Position numbers and translations under genes: made by a program. A DNA stretch of 64,000 nt, taken from assembly GCA_965207565.1 (NCBI GenBank), contig CBDBMQ010000033.1:4325-68324 (forward strand), read 5' to 3'. The notes beneath the pieces were generated by a model. That model saw only the letters and a list, made by a program, of their open reading frames with translations. It ran no database searches and was not told the DNA's origin. Below, piece by piece: positions 1-8,839 of the stretch. The stretch's first letter is position 1. Each line of letters opens with the position of its first letter. The DNA comes from Rhodothermales bacterium. Its GTDB lineage: Bacteria; Bacteroidota; Rhodothermia; Rhodothermales; Bin80.

Positions 1-377
1 CCTTTTTGTGGGGGGTTAACGGTACGGCGAAACAACCAATGTATAATCGGTATGAAAATGGAAAAAGTGAACATATAATTACCCCACGCTACATATGCAA
101 TCGAAAGACGTAGTAGATCCAATCCAATTCCAAAGGTCAAAAGAGATATGGCGATAGTCAACATGAAAAACCATGCCGGACTAAAATATTCAGTCTTTTT
201 CGCGACCGGGAAATACATGAAAATTGCGATGACCAAAACTATCGAAACCAATCCGCCCCATAGCAAGTCCATCGCACTATGAGCCCCGTCAAATGCTCGC
301 CAGTAGCTATGAAAGGGGATTAGAGTGTACCCAATCGCAAGAATAGCTATTCCTACAAATTTGTTTGGTCTCTTCAT
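1..377 (-). CDS. hypothetical integral membrane protein (C-terminus beyond window edge)
   Basis: Minus-strand frame opens with ATG at 377..375 (MKRPNKFVGIAILAIGYTLIPF...). It stays open to position 1, about 125 mostly hydrophobic codons with several TM-like stretches. It is absent from the ORF track because no stop lies inside the window. AT-rich compared with the core genes. Confidence 0.45.
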   Translation of the reverse strand, partial: MKRPNKFVGIAILAIGYTLIPFHSYWRAFDGAHSAMDLLWGGLVSIVLVIAIFMYFPVAKKTEYFSPAWFFMLTIAISLLTFGIGLDLLRLSIAYVAWGNYMFTFSIFIPIIHWLFRRTVNPPQK

Positions 378-862
378 TTTGAACTATGTGTGTATGATAT
401 TCCCAATCAAGATACGATTTTGATGGGATTGGGAATGATGGCGATTCTGCGAAAGCAAATGATATATGCGGGGGGCATGGGTATCTGCGTTGAATGCAAC
501 GTAATAGGGGTTATGTTTCGCAATTCCCTGGTTCCGGATCGATTTCCCCCCGGATCGCAGGGAAACACATATATCTGGTCAATCTGACCCGCCTAATTCT
601 TTGCTGATCGATGTAGGATGCGGTCAACCGGAATTTAGAGCAAATGATCGCGCGCGGTTGCCCCGACGCGAAATACGGCAATTTTGGGTGCCTATTTCTA
701 TCTTGAAATTAAGTTCCTATGAACTCCATTAGCACGACTATTTATCTCACATGGTATATATCGAACGTTGTGAGGGCCCCGGCGTAGTTATCTCGGCTCT
801 GCAAATATTCACGAGGCAGAGGTAATCTTCGATTCAGAACATTATACAGGAGACCAAACAAC

Positions 863-1795
863 ATGACAAAATTAGCAACCCTCGAAAGCATACCCGTCAG
901 GAAAATCTGGAAGAACGAAGCCAAAGACTTCACTCCGTGGTTAGCTGAAGCTGAAAACGCAAGTTTACTGTTCGAAGAGATTGGTATCACTGCTGAAAAC
1001 ATAAAAACCGAAGAAGGCGCAGGTCGGTATTTCGTCGACATTACGGCTGAGGAAAGTCAGACCAAAAAGAATATTGTTGTTGAAAACCAACTGGAACGAA
1101 CTGACCATGATCACTTGGGAAAACTCCTAACCTACGCTTCAAGCTTTGACGCATGTATCATCATTTGGGTGGTCAGAGACATCACGGAAGAGCATCAGAA
1201 GGCAATTGAATGGTTTAATGACCACATGGACGATGAGATTGCCTTTTTTCTTGTAAAGGTAGAGGTCTATCGCATTGGAGATTCAGAGCCCGCTCCGAAG
1301 TTCAATGTGGTCGTGGAGCCCAACTCATGGTCCAAAATTGTAAAGAGACCTGAAACATCTAAACATGATACCGCCACGAAACTAAATCATCAGCGATTTT
1401 GGGAGGGTCTCAAAGAGTTCGCTGCCAATTTAGATACAAATTTGAGCATTAGCCGCAAACCAAGACCGCAAGCTTGGTATGACATTTCCGTTGGAAGCAG
1501 CGATGCGCATATTTCTTTATCCTTGAATACCATAAAAAACCAAATCTGCACGGATATTTATATCCGTGATAATCAAGAGCTGTACAAGCGTCTCTTGCAG
1601 AAGAAAGAACTATTTGAAAAGACCGTGAACGATGAAATTGAATGGCTTCCCCTTGAAAACAAACAGGCATCAAGGATTCGATGTATGCTGCCCGGCGACC
1701 CTCATGATGAAAGCCTTCAAGAAAAGTATTATGACTGGATACTAAAACGGTCAAACGAGTTTGTGGATGCGTTTAAGAAGAGTACACGAGGTTAA
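863..1795 (+). CDS. DUF4268 domain protein with N-terminal PD-(D/E)XK (NucS-like) nuclease fold
   Basis: 310-aa ORF. The N-terminal part has FVDITAEE...VVENQLERTDHDHLGKLLTYAS (D...E-x-Q nuclease-like core). The C-terminal part, FWEGLKEF...WYDISVGSS...IEWLPLENKQASRI, matches my memory of DUF4268. Confidence 0.7.
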   Translation: MTKLATLESIPVRKIWKNEAKDFTPWLAEAENASLLFEEIGITAENIKTEEGAGRYFVDITAEESQTKKNIVVENQLERTDHDHLGKLLTYASSFDACIIIWVVRDITEEHQKAIEWFNDHMDDEIAFFLVKVEVYRIGDSEPAPKFNVVVEPNSWSKIVKRPETSKHDTATKLNHQRFWEGLKEFAANLDTNLSISRKPRPQAWYDISVGSSDAHISLSLNTIKNQICTDIYIRDNQELYKRLLQKKELFEKTVNDEIEWLPLENKQASRIRCMLPGDPHDESLQEKYYDWILKRSNEFVDAFKKSTRG

Positions 1796-1924
1796 TCTCG
1801 AAAGAACATTTCGGAAACGATTCAACCCCTGTAGCTCCCGAAACCAGAACTATATCTCTGGTAGACCAAGTAGCTCTGACGATGCTGTTACCGCACGGGG
1901 CCAAGCCCCCTGCAAGTTCAGGGA

Positions 1925-4423
1925 TTAGCTGGAGGGTCTACGATCTTCCTGCACCTGGATCAGTGCCGGCAAAAAGAGTAGCGCAGCCAAGAGTGTCGCC
2001 CCAATCCCTGTAATCGCAAGAGCCCCGATCGTGTTCAAACCCGGATGAAAACTCAGGAGAAGTCCCCCAAATCCCACCATCGTCGTCACTGCCCCCATCG
2101 TAACATGCTCCCCCGTCGAGCGCAATGTGCGCCAAAGCGTCCCCGCCCCCTCCTCTCGATATCGATGGACTAAATGAGCCCCCGCATCGTTACCAATCCC
2201 AATAATTGCCGGAATCACGAACAGATTGTAGAAATTGAGCCGCATACCAAATAGCTGCATAAACAAAATCATCCAGATCACGCCAACAACCAGAGGCATC
2301 ATTGCCAAGAGTGCCCACCGAAACTGACCAAAATTGATCCACATCAGCAACATCACGATAATCAGCGTCGCCAGCACCATGTACGGGCTCTCCTGCCGCA
2401 TCAGACGCAGAACATCGGCGGCAACAATGGATGGAGATCCTGCGTGATACGTTTTCCCGTCTGCAATCGTGATGTTTGCTACATCTTCAGCAAACGCCAT
2501 GGACTTGCGTCCATCTGAGAGCCCCACTCCTGGTAGAATCGTGATATAGCCCCCTAACTCCCCCGTCTTGGACATGAAGCGCTCACTCAAGAGCTCCGGT
2601 ACATCCTCCACCGCAAGCGGCGTTCGTGTCTGCGCAGCCCTTCGAATGCGTTCCAGGTCGGCATCGGTGGCCAGAACCGGATCTGTCAGCAGTGAATCCC
2701 GGATGTAAGCAATCTGGGCAATCCTAGCGGTTTGTTTTTCCGGTTCCAGTGGAAACCGGTCCTGAAGCGTTTCCACACCCCGGATGGTTGTTCGAAAACT
2801 GTCTGCATCAATGACATGCAATACGGTATCCCTCTCCATTCTGGCCCGCAACGCGTCCGCAACCGCAGGCGCCTCTGCTGGATTATCCACCACAATGTAT
2901 GCAGGGTTCCTGCGATTAAAATCGCTGTATGCGGCCGCCACTTTCGAATTGACCGCAATCCAATCCTCATACTCCGGCTCCAAAACAGAAAACCGATATT
3001 CAAACTCGACGCCCGGTGCCATGAACAAAGCTATGATCGTAACCAAAGCACACCCCGCCAAAAGCCCACGAGCTCCAACCAAAGGTCCACGTACTACCGC
3101 TTTTACCGGATGACTCCGCTCAAAATGCAATACTCCCCAGCGCTCACACAATACCAACAGTGCCGGCAGTACATGAAGAGTGGAAATCAATGCAACCAAC
3201 ACACCGGTCCCCGCCAAGAACCCAAACTCGCTGAACCCTTTAAAGTCTGCTGCCATCAACACATACATCGCAGCAGCGGTGGTAAGTGCCCCCACCGCAA
3301 TCGCCTGCCCGGTACTCATGAATGTGTTCTCCGCGGCATCCTCCACACTGTGACCCGCCCCCCGCTCCTCTATATAACGTGCATAAAAATGAATTCCATA
3401 GTCAATCCCCAACCCAAAAAGAACCAGTCCAAGTGTTGAGCTGAACAGATTCAGGGTCTCATAAGCCAAAAACCCTATCGCCGCCGTCCAGACTAAACTC
3501 ATCAGAAGAGGAACTCCAATCAGCAATGCCGTCACCGGTGCACGCGCGAGCTCGGACCAGACCGACTTTCTTCCCCGCAGCTGTATTGCCTTGGCGAAGA
3601 AGTAAGCCATCAGAACCAGAAGTACCGCGAAAGCCCCTGCACCAAAAGAACCGATAACATCGTCCGTAATGGCCCGCACCTCGATCCGCTGTCTCCATAG
3701 TCGACCAGCAAGATGGGTCTGCATCTCTGTGTGGTACGCAGAAGGACCCACCTGCTGGATCACGTTGCGAAGGCGACCGTAAACAGCTTCGATGTAGTCC
3801 ACATTGGAAGAAGAGCCCGGGACAAAGAAGCGAACGACCAGAATCGTGCTGTCTGCGCTCACCCGATACTCTGGCCCTACAATCTGATCAAAGACCTCTT
3901 CCAGAGACTCAACCTCCGTGTCCTCCTCTTCCTCCTCCTCATCCAAGCTGAAAAAGAACGGATTCGCCGCAAGCTTGGCTTCTATGACCTGATCCTCCAA
4001 CCACGTTGTAAGTGTACTTAATTCCTCATCCGTCGCGAAATACAACCCATTATCCGCCATAAATTCCGTATCCCTCCTAAGCTCTTCCCTCAAAAACAGT
4101 GGCTCGTCTGTTATCGAATCCCGCAGTGCCATTGCCTGGGGAACCAGGGCTTCCGCAAACGCCAGATTGGCGGTAAATGAAGGGCTTTCAATTGCCAGAT
4201 CTACCGAGACTTCCCCTGCACCTATCGTATCCCTGATCTTTTCAAGAGACGCAACACTGGGATAGGACTCTGGGATCAGATTGGCAAAATCCGGGTCGAT
4301 CGTCAGCCGCCCTGCAAGTAGCACGCTGCCGATCGATATCAAAAGAGCCGTCACCAGCACGAGACCGGGATACCGTACCACAATACGGATCCATCCGCGT
4401 AACCGGGCAAAGAGGATCGTCAT
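1925..4423 (-). CDS. RND-superfamily MMPL/HpnN-like membrane transporter
   Basis: 832 aa in two blocks of about 6 TM helices separated by large soluble loops. Sterol-sensing/MMPL-type motif GLGIDYGIHFYARYIEE. Start overlaps the stop of the upstream gene by ATGA (4420..4423). Confidence 0.85.
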   Translation of the reverse strand: MTILFARLRGWIRIVVRYPGLVLVTALLISIGSVLLAGRLTIDPDFANLIPESYPSVASLEKIRDTIGAGEVSVDLAIESPSFTANLAFAEALVPQAMALRDSITDEPLFLREELRRDTEFMADNGLYFATDEELSTLTTWLEDQVIEAKLAANPFFFSLDEEEEEEDTEVESLEEVFDQIVGPEYRVSADSTILVVRFFVPGSSSNVDYIEAVYGRLRNVIQQVGPSAYHTEMQTHLAGRLWRQRIEVRAITDDVIGSFGAGAFAVLLVLMAYFFAKAIQLRGRKSVWSELARAPVTALLIGVPLLMSLVWTAAIGFLAYETLNLFSSTLGLVLFGLGIDYGIHFYARYIEERGAGHSVEDAAENTFMSTGQAIAVGALTTAAAMYVLMAADFKGFSEFGFLAGTGVLVALISTLHVLPALLVLCERWGVLHFERSHPVKAVVRGPLVGARGLLAGCALVTIIALFMAPGVEFEYRFSVLEPEYEDWIAVNSKVAAAYSDFNRRNPAYIVVDNPAEAPAVADALRARMERDTVLHVIDADSFRTTIRGVETLQDRFPLEPEKQTARIAQIAYIRDSLLTDPVLATDADLERIRRAAQTRTPLAVEDVPELLSERFMSKTGELGGYITILPGVGLSDGRKSMAFAEDVANITIADGKTYHAGSPSIVAADVLRLMRQESPYMVLATLIIVMLLMWINFGQFRWALLAMMPLVVGVIWMILFMQLFGMRLNFYNLFVIPAIIGIGNDAGAHLVHRYREEGAGTLWRTLRSTGEHVTMGAVTTMVGFGGLLLSFHPGLNTIGALAITGIGATLLAALLFLPALIQVQEDRRPSS

Positions 4424-5130
4424 TCTTCAGAAAGCACTACGATGTCGTCAAAGTATACATCAGCCGCTCCACCTGTATTGTCACTGTCACTCCATACCAT
4501 GATATAAAGCGGGGATTGTGAAGGTCGCCTGCCAAAAAACATCTCATAATCCTGAGCGACATTCCGTTCAATCTCTATCCACCTCTCTTTGATCTCAAGA
4601 GCTGAAGAAACAACCAGTACTTGGAGCTTTCCATAGCGAGCTAATGCCCCCTTGGGCAGTGTACTGCTGTAGGTGTACTTGATCGTACAAGGTCGTCCGA
4701 GCCAGTCGTTACACTCAAACGCAACATACAGGGCCGCTGCGGTGTCGTTCAGGTCCCTCCGGTCTTCTTTTGCCCCCTCCGGCAACTGATCCGCCCGCCA
4801 GCGCCAGCGTAACCGGGGAAAATTCTCGACATCCCATTCAAGCCCATCCCCTTTTGGCAAGGCGATCTGTACAGACTCTCCTTGTGTATATGCCCGTAAA
4901 ACCTTTCCCCCCTCTTCCATAACCACCTTCATATAGTCATTGGGTTTGGCATGATCCGGTGGAAGGACTCGCATCATTCTTAACCGGTTGTCTGGTATTC
5001 TCCACGAACTGGGAAGACCATTAATTTCATAGCCCTCAAAGTCCTCGATGACCAGAGACTGCTGGGCGAAGACGCTCAGGGTATATGAACCTACAAAAAC
5101 GAACAGACAAAGGATTATGGTCGCACGCAT
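4420..5130 (-). CDS. DUF3047 family secreted protein
   Basis: 236 aa with an N-terminal signal peptide (MRATIILCLFVFVGSYTLSVFAQ). The pattern PRLRWRWRADQLPEGAKEDRRDLNDTAAALYVAF...YTYSSTLPKG...WSDSDNTGGAADVYFDDIVV fits DUF3047 as I remember it. Translationally coupled to the MMPL gene. Confidence 0.7.
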   Translation of the reverse strand: MRATIILCLFVFVGSYTLSVFAQQSLVIEDFEGYEINGLPSSWRIPDNRLRMMRVLPPDHAKPNDYMKVVMEEGGKVLRAYTQGESVQIALPKGDGLEWDVENFPRLRWRWRADQLPEGAKEDRRDLNDTAAALYVAFECNDWLGRPCTIKYTYSSTLPKGALARYGKLQVLVVSSALEIKERWIEIERNVAQDYEMFFGRRPSQSPLYIMVWSDSDNTGGAADVYFDDIVVLSEE

Positions 5131-5169
5131 TTTCGGGAAAGATGCGGGTCTCCTTGACGCATCAAGAAG

Positions 5170-6102
5170 CTATTTGGTCACAGGCACCGCCTCTTTTGGC
5201 ATACGAACCGAAAGGGTTGTAAAAAAGAGTAGATTAATCAGCCGATTTACTAGTGCCACCGCACCAAAGAGTGCAGCGATGTGTGCTTCGGAGACCGTCA
5301 TCGCTCCCGCAATGCTCACCGCAACCGCCATCGTCAACAAGTCCTGGTTCGGTATAAACGGAAGCCTGTAGACAATAATGGAAGCTGCTGCATATGTAAA
5401 CCATGTTTCCAAAGGAACTTCAGGCATTGCAAGATGCCACATGGTGATTTCTAGGACCTGTCTTACAAGCACACGTGCAACATGAAGCCCAAAAACAATG
5501 CGTGCTTGCTTCCACGGCATAGAGAAAAGCCATTTCCGGCGTGTAAACACGATCACGAACAGGATCAAGGTGCCTCCGATTCCTCCAATCAGGACGGCTG
5601 CCTGGGTTTCTCCGATCAGATCCCGCACATTCACCTGTCCCTCCAAGGCAAAAAAAGCAAACAGCAGTACTGCGATCAACGTCGAGGCAACTGCTGAAAT
5701 AATATTCATATCACGAATACACTCCATTAGCGCCCGACTCCGCATCGCGACATGATCCCGTGCCCAGGCAAAGATGTATACTTCACCGGAGTATCCCAAA
5801 ACATCTCTGTTCAGGATGCGCTTCTTGATGAAGGCCCGGATTGCAGGACCTGGACGGAAATCCCATACAACCCGGTAAGCCAAAAACTGTATCGTGGGCA
5901 AAAGGAAGTACAGTACAACCAGCAGCACATAGAACCCGGGATTCCGCGGCAGCCCCTGAAACACGCTGCGGAATTCCACCTCGCGCAATTGCCACACCAT
6001 GAACAAAACAATGCTAATGGTGAAACTTATCCGTGCAATGCGTAAAATGCGCTTGCCTCGTCGCGTAGTGCTCAATTTTGTTAGCCGTTCCTGTATCTGC
6101 AT
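5170..6102 (-). CDS. polytopic membrane protein, UPF0104/LPG-synthase-TM (flippase-like) type
   Basis: 310 aa with a basic N-terminus followed by about 8 hydrophobic segments. The family call rests on overall architecture only. Confidence 0.5.
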   Translation of the reverse strand: MQIQERLTKLSTTRRGKRILRIARISFTISIVLFMVWQLREVEFRSVFQGLPRNPGFYVLLVVLYFLLPTIQFLAYRVVWDFRPGPAIRAFIKKRILNRDVLGYSGEVYIFAWARDHVAMRSRALMECIRDMNIISAVASTLIAVLLFAFFALEGQVNVRDLIGETQAAVLIGGIGGTLILFVIVFTRRKWLFSMPWKQARIVFGLHVARVLVRQVLEITMWHLAMPEVPLETWFTYAAASIIVYRLPFIPNQDLLTMAVAVSIAGAMTVSEAHIAALFGAVALVNRLINLLFFTTLSVRMPKEAVPVTK

Positions 6103-6191
6103 GATCGGGGCAATGACCTTTCCGTGGATTCTCGGAATGAAGGTCTATATTGTATCTTTACGAAATTCTTTCTGTCACCTGCATCCTGGCT

Positions 6192-6629
6192 ATGATTCAG
6201 CAAAAACCCGGCCACTCATTTGAGTCTCTCAAGATTGGCGATTCGTATGACTTTCATCGTTTCATTAGTGAGGATGATGTCCTGACATTCGCCCAGATCA
6301 CCGGGGATGACAACCCTCTCCATGTGGATGCCGAATACGCCGAAAATACTCGCTTTGGGGATCGTATTGTCCATGGCATATTCCTTTTGGGGCTCATCTC
6401 CAAGGTTCTTGGACGTGACTTCCCCGGCCCTGGGAGTGTGGCAGTCTCTATTTCATGCCGGTTTCTGCGTCCTGTACGTGTCAACTCAGAAGTACGTGTT
6501 TCGGTCAAGATTATTGAAAAATTAGAGCAGCGGCGCTATGCGAAGGTGGAAACTTTCGTGTTCACCGATGCCAATAAAAAGGCTTTAGTTGGAGAAGCGA
6601 CCATTATTCCTCCGGCGGATCCGCAATGA
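6192..6629 (+). CDS. MaoC-like (R)-specific enoyl-CoA hydratase / hot-dog dehydratase
   Basis: Motif FAQITGDDNPLHVDAEYAENTRFGDRIVHGIFLLGLIS. The ATG at 6192 (MIQQKPGHS) is preferred over the upstream ORF start at 6150. Confidence 0.85.
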   Translation: MIQQKPGHSFESLKIGDSYDFHRFISEDDVLTFAQITGDDNPLHVDAEYAENTRFGDRIVHGIFLLGLISKVLGRDFPGPGSVAVSISCRFLRPVRVNSEVRVSVKIIEKLEQRRYAKVETFVFTDANKKALVGEATIIPPADPQ

Positions 6630-7749
6630 TTTCTCCGTGGAGAACTTGAATGCATCGGTTGGAGGCTCCCTTTTGCGTGACACGGGAGCGTAATCTTTCG
6701 GCATCTGCAACGGTTACAATGCTCTGTCCTGTAGATGCGTCCTGCAACCAATCTAAAATCACCTCGGTCCGCTCTGGGTCCAGGGAATCAAATACATCAT
6801 CAAGTAGCAGAATCGGTTTTTCTTCCAGCCGGGAGTCCAAGTAATGGTACTGCGCCAACTTGAGTGCAATTGCAAATGAACGGTGCTGTCCGGTTGAGGC
6901 AAAGCGTCGCACCGACTGCCCATTCAGCTTAAAAACCAGTTCATCGCGATGAGGGCCTACGGTCGTTCGTCCCAGTTCTCTGTCGCGGTCGGCCGCTTCC
7001 CCAAGCGCGGACATAAGCGCCTTCTCCGCCTCTTCGGCAGACGAATGTTCCTCTTCTGGAATGGGACCCTGATAGGTAATCACCGGTTCTTCAATCACCT
7101 CTCCGAGCTGTTGCCATGCACGCTTAAGTTCTTCACTGAACTTCTGAAGAAAGGCGGCACGCAAGGCAACAATTCGCCCTCCAAACCGGGCCAGAACGGC
7201 ATTGAGCGGTACAATCATGTCCATGTCCAACGGACGCATACGATTGCGGACCAAATATTCATTGCGCTGCCTCAGGGCACGACGGTATCCGATGAGGTCT
7301 TCCAGATGAGCCGGCCTCGCCTGACTAAGCATGCTGTTCAGAAATTTTCGACGCTCCTCCGGTCCACCATACGTTAAGTTCTGGTCACTTGGTGCAAAAA
7401 GAACCATCGGAACAACCCCAACAACATCCGCTAGTCGATCAAGCGGAGCACCGTTGATGAACATTCGCTTTCCTTGTCGGACAGCAAACGCAATCCGTAT
7501 TTCCACCTCACGCCGCAGGGATCCCTCAAATTTGCCTTCAACCTCAAAAAATGGCTGGCTGCGCCGAAGCACATAGCGATCTACACTGGTTAGAAAACTC
7601 TTGGAAAGGCAGAGGTAGTGAATCGCCTCCAGGATATTGGTCTTGCCCGCGCCGTTTGGTCCGTACAGCAGGTTAATCCCAGGCGCCAATGTCAACCTTG
7701 TGTCAGCATGCGCCCGCATACTTCGAAGACAGAGTGAGCGCAGGATCAT
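6604..7749 (-). CDS. recF: DNA replication and repair protein RecF
   Basis: 381 aa. Walker A LLYGPNGAGKTNILEAI, SMC-like signature region, Walker B ILLLDDVFDSLD. Confidence 0.93.
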   Translation of the reverse strand: MILRSLCLRSMRAHADTRLTLAPGINLLYGPNGAGKTNILEAIHYLCLSKSFLTSVDRYVLRRSQPFFEVEGKFEGSLRREVEIRIAFAVRQGKRMFINGAPLDRLADVVGVVPMVLFAPSDQNLTYGGPEERRKFLNSMLSQARPAHLEDLIGYRRALRQRNEYLVRNRMRPLDMDMIVPLNAVLARFGGRIVALRAAFLQKFSEELKRAWQQLGEVIEEPVITYQGPIPEEEHSSAEEAEKALMSALGEAADRDRELGRTTVGPHRDELVFKLNGQSVRRFASTGQHRSFAIALKLAQYHYLDSRLEEKPILLLDDVFDSLDPERTEVILDWLQDASTGQSIVTVADAERLRSRVTQKGASNRCIQVLHGEIIADPPEE

Positions 7750-7852
7750 AACATCAGTTTATGGGACGGTTACGCAAACTTGGTATATTCGTTCGCATAT
7801 TGGTTCATTTATACGACCAAAGAGTATACCGGCTTTTTACTCCTATCCATCC

Positions 7853-8767
7853 ATGACGGTACCTCCACCTCTGTTCAAGGAGCTTCAAAGCCTGGTTACC
7901 GAGCAGCGTAATCCGCGCTCAATGAATATTGACAACGCGTCTGTAGAGGAAATCCTTGCGATTATCAATGCAGAAGACCAGCTTGTCCCCAAAGCCGTGA
8001 AGGAAGAACTTCCCTACATCGCAAAAGCGGTGGAAATTGTAACGGCAGCGCTGGAAAGCGGTGGTCGCCTGATTTATATTGGAGCGGGCACCAGTGGGCG
8101 TCTCGGAATTCTGGACGCATCCGAATGCCCTCCTACGTTTGGATCTTCTCCCGAAGATATTCAGGGGATTATTGCCGGTGGTAAGGAAGCTGTTTTCCGG
8201 GCACAGGAGGGTGCCGAAGATGTAGCCTCCGATGGCGCAGAGGCCCTTCGCGCAAGAGGATTACACGCAAATGATGTGGTTTGCGGTATCGCGGCAAGCC
8301 GACGTACCCCCTTTGTGGTAGGAGCAATGGCTGAAGCTCGCGAAATTGGATGCAAGACGCTATTCATCACCTGCAACCCCCGTTCTACATTTGATCTGGA
8401 TGTGGATGTGGCGATCTGTGTCGTTGTGGGCCCGGAAGTCATCATGGGATCCACCCGCATGAAAAGTGGAACCGCTCAGAAACTGGTCCTCAATATGATC
8501 ACAACCGCTTCTATGATTCGCCTGGGGAAAGTGTATCAGAATATGATGGTCGACCTGCAGATGACCGCCGAAAAACTGACCCAGAGATCCCGCCGCACGG
8601 TTATGACCGTTACCGGACTGAACTATGAGGAGGCAACGAAAGCACTTACAGCCGCCGACGGCCATGTGAAAACGGCTCTAGTCATGATTCTCGGGGATGT
8701 TTCAAAAGAGGAGGCCCTGGAAAGACTAAACAAATCGAATGGATTTGTGCGAGGAGCTCTGGAGTAG
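7853..8767 (+). CDS. murQ: N-acetylmuramic acid 6-phosphate etherase
   Basis: SIS-domain protein: TEQRNPRSMNID, IGAGTSGRLGILDASECPPTF, MKSGTAQK. The ATG at 7853 (MTVPPPLF) was chosen because the longer ORF start at 7637 overlaps recF. Confidence 0.88.
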   Translation: MTVPPPLFKELQSLVTEQRNPRSMNIDNASVEEILAIINAEDQLVPKAVKEELPYIAKAVEIVTAALESGGRLIYIGAGTSGRLGILDASECPPTFGSSPEDIQGIIAGGKEAVFRAQEGAEDVASDGAEALRARGLHANDVVCGIAASRRTPFVVGAMAEAREIGCKTLFITCNPRSTFDLDVDVAICVVVGPEVIMGSTRMKSGTAQKLVLNMITTASMIRLGKVYQNMMVDLQMTAEKLTQRSRRTVMTVTGLNYEEATKALTAADGHVKTALVMILGDVSKEEALERLNKSNGFVRGALE

Positions 8768-8803
8768 CCTTTATTAAATTCAAAAATCGTTTGAACGGCG
8801 CAA

Positions 8804-8819
8804 TGTTTCACGTGAAACA
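8804..8819. promoter_or_regulatory. parS centromere-like site (perfect 16-bp palindrome TGTTTCACGTGAAACA)
   Basis: Exact match to the ParB-binding consensus tGTTNCACGTGAAACa. Intergenic between murQ and mfd. Confidence 0.85.
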
Positions 8820-8839
8820 CTATAAAGTACGCTTTTGGT

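Noticed and set aside
2732-3439. 235-aa plus-strand ORF (and neighbours 2784..3113 and 3713..4021)
   Set aside because: It lies antisense inside the well-supported MMPL transporter gene, with no recognisable motifs and a basic, low-complexity composition.
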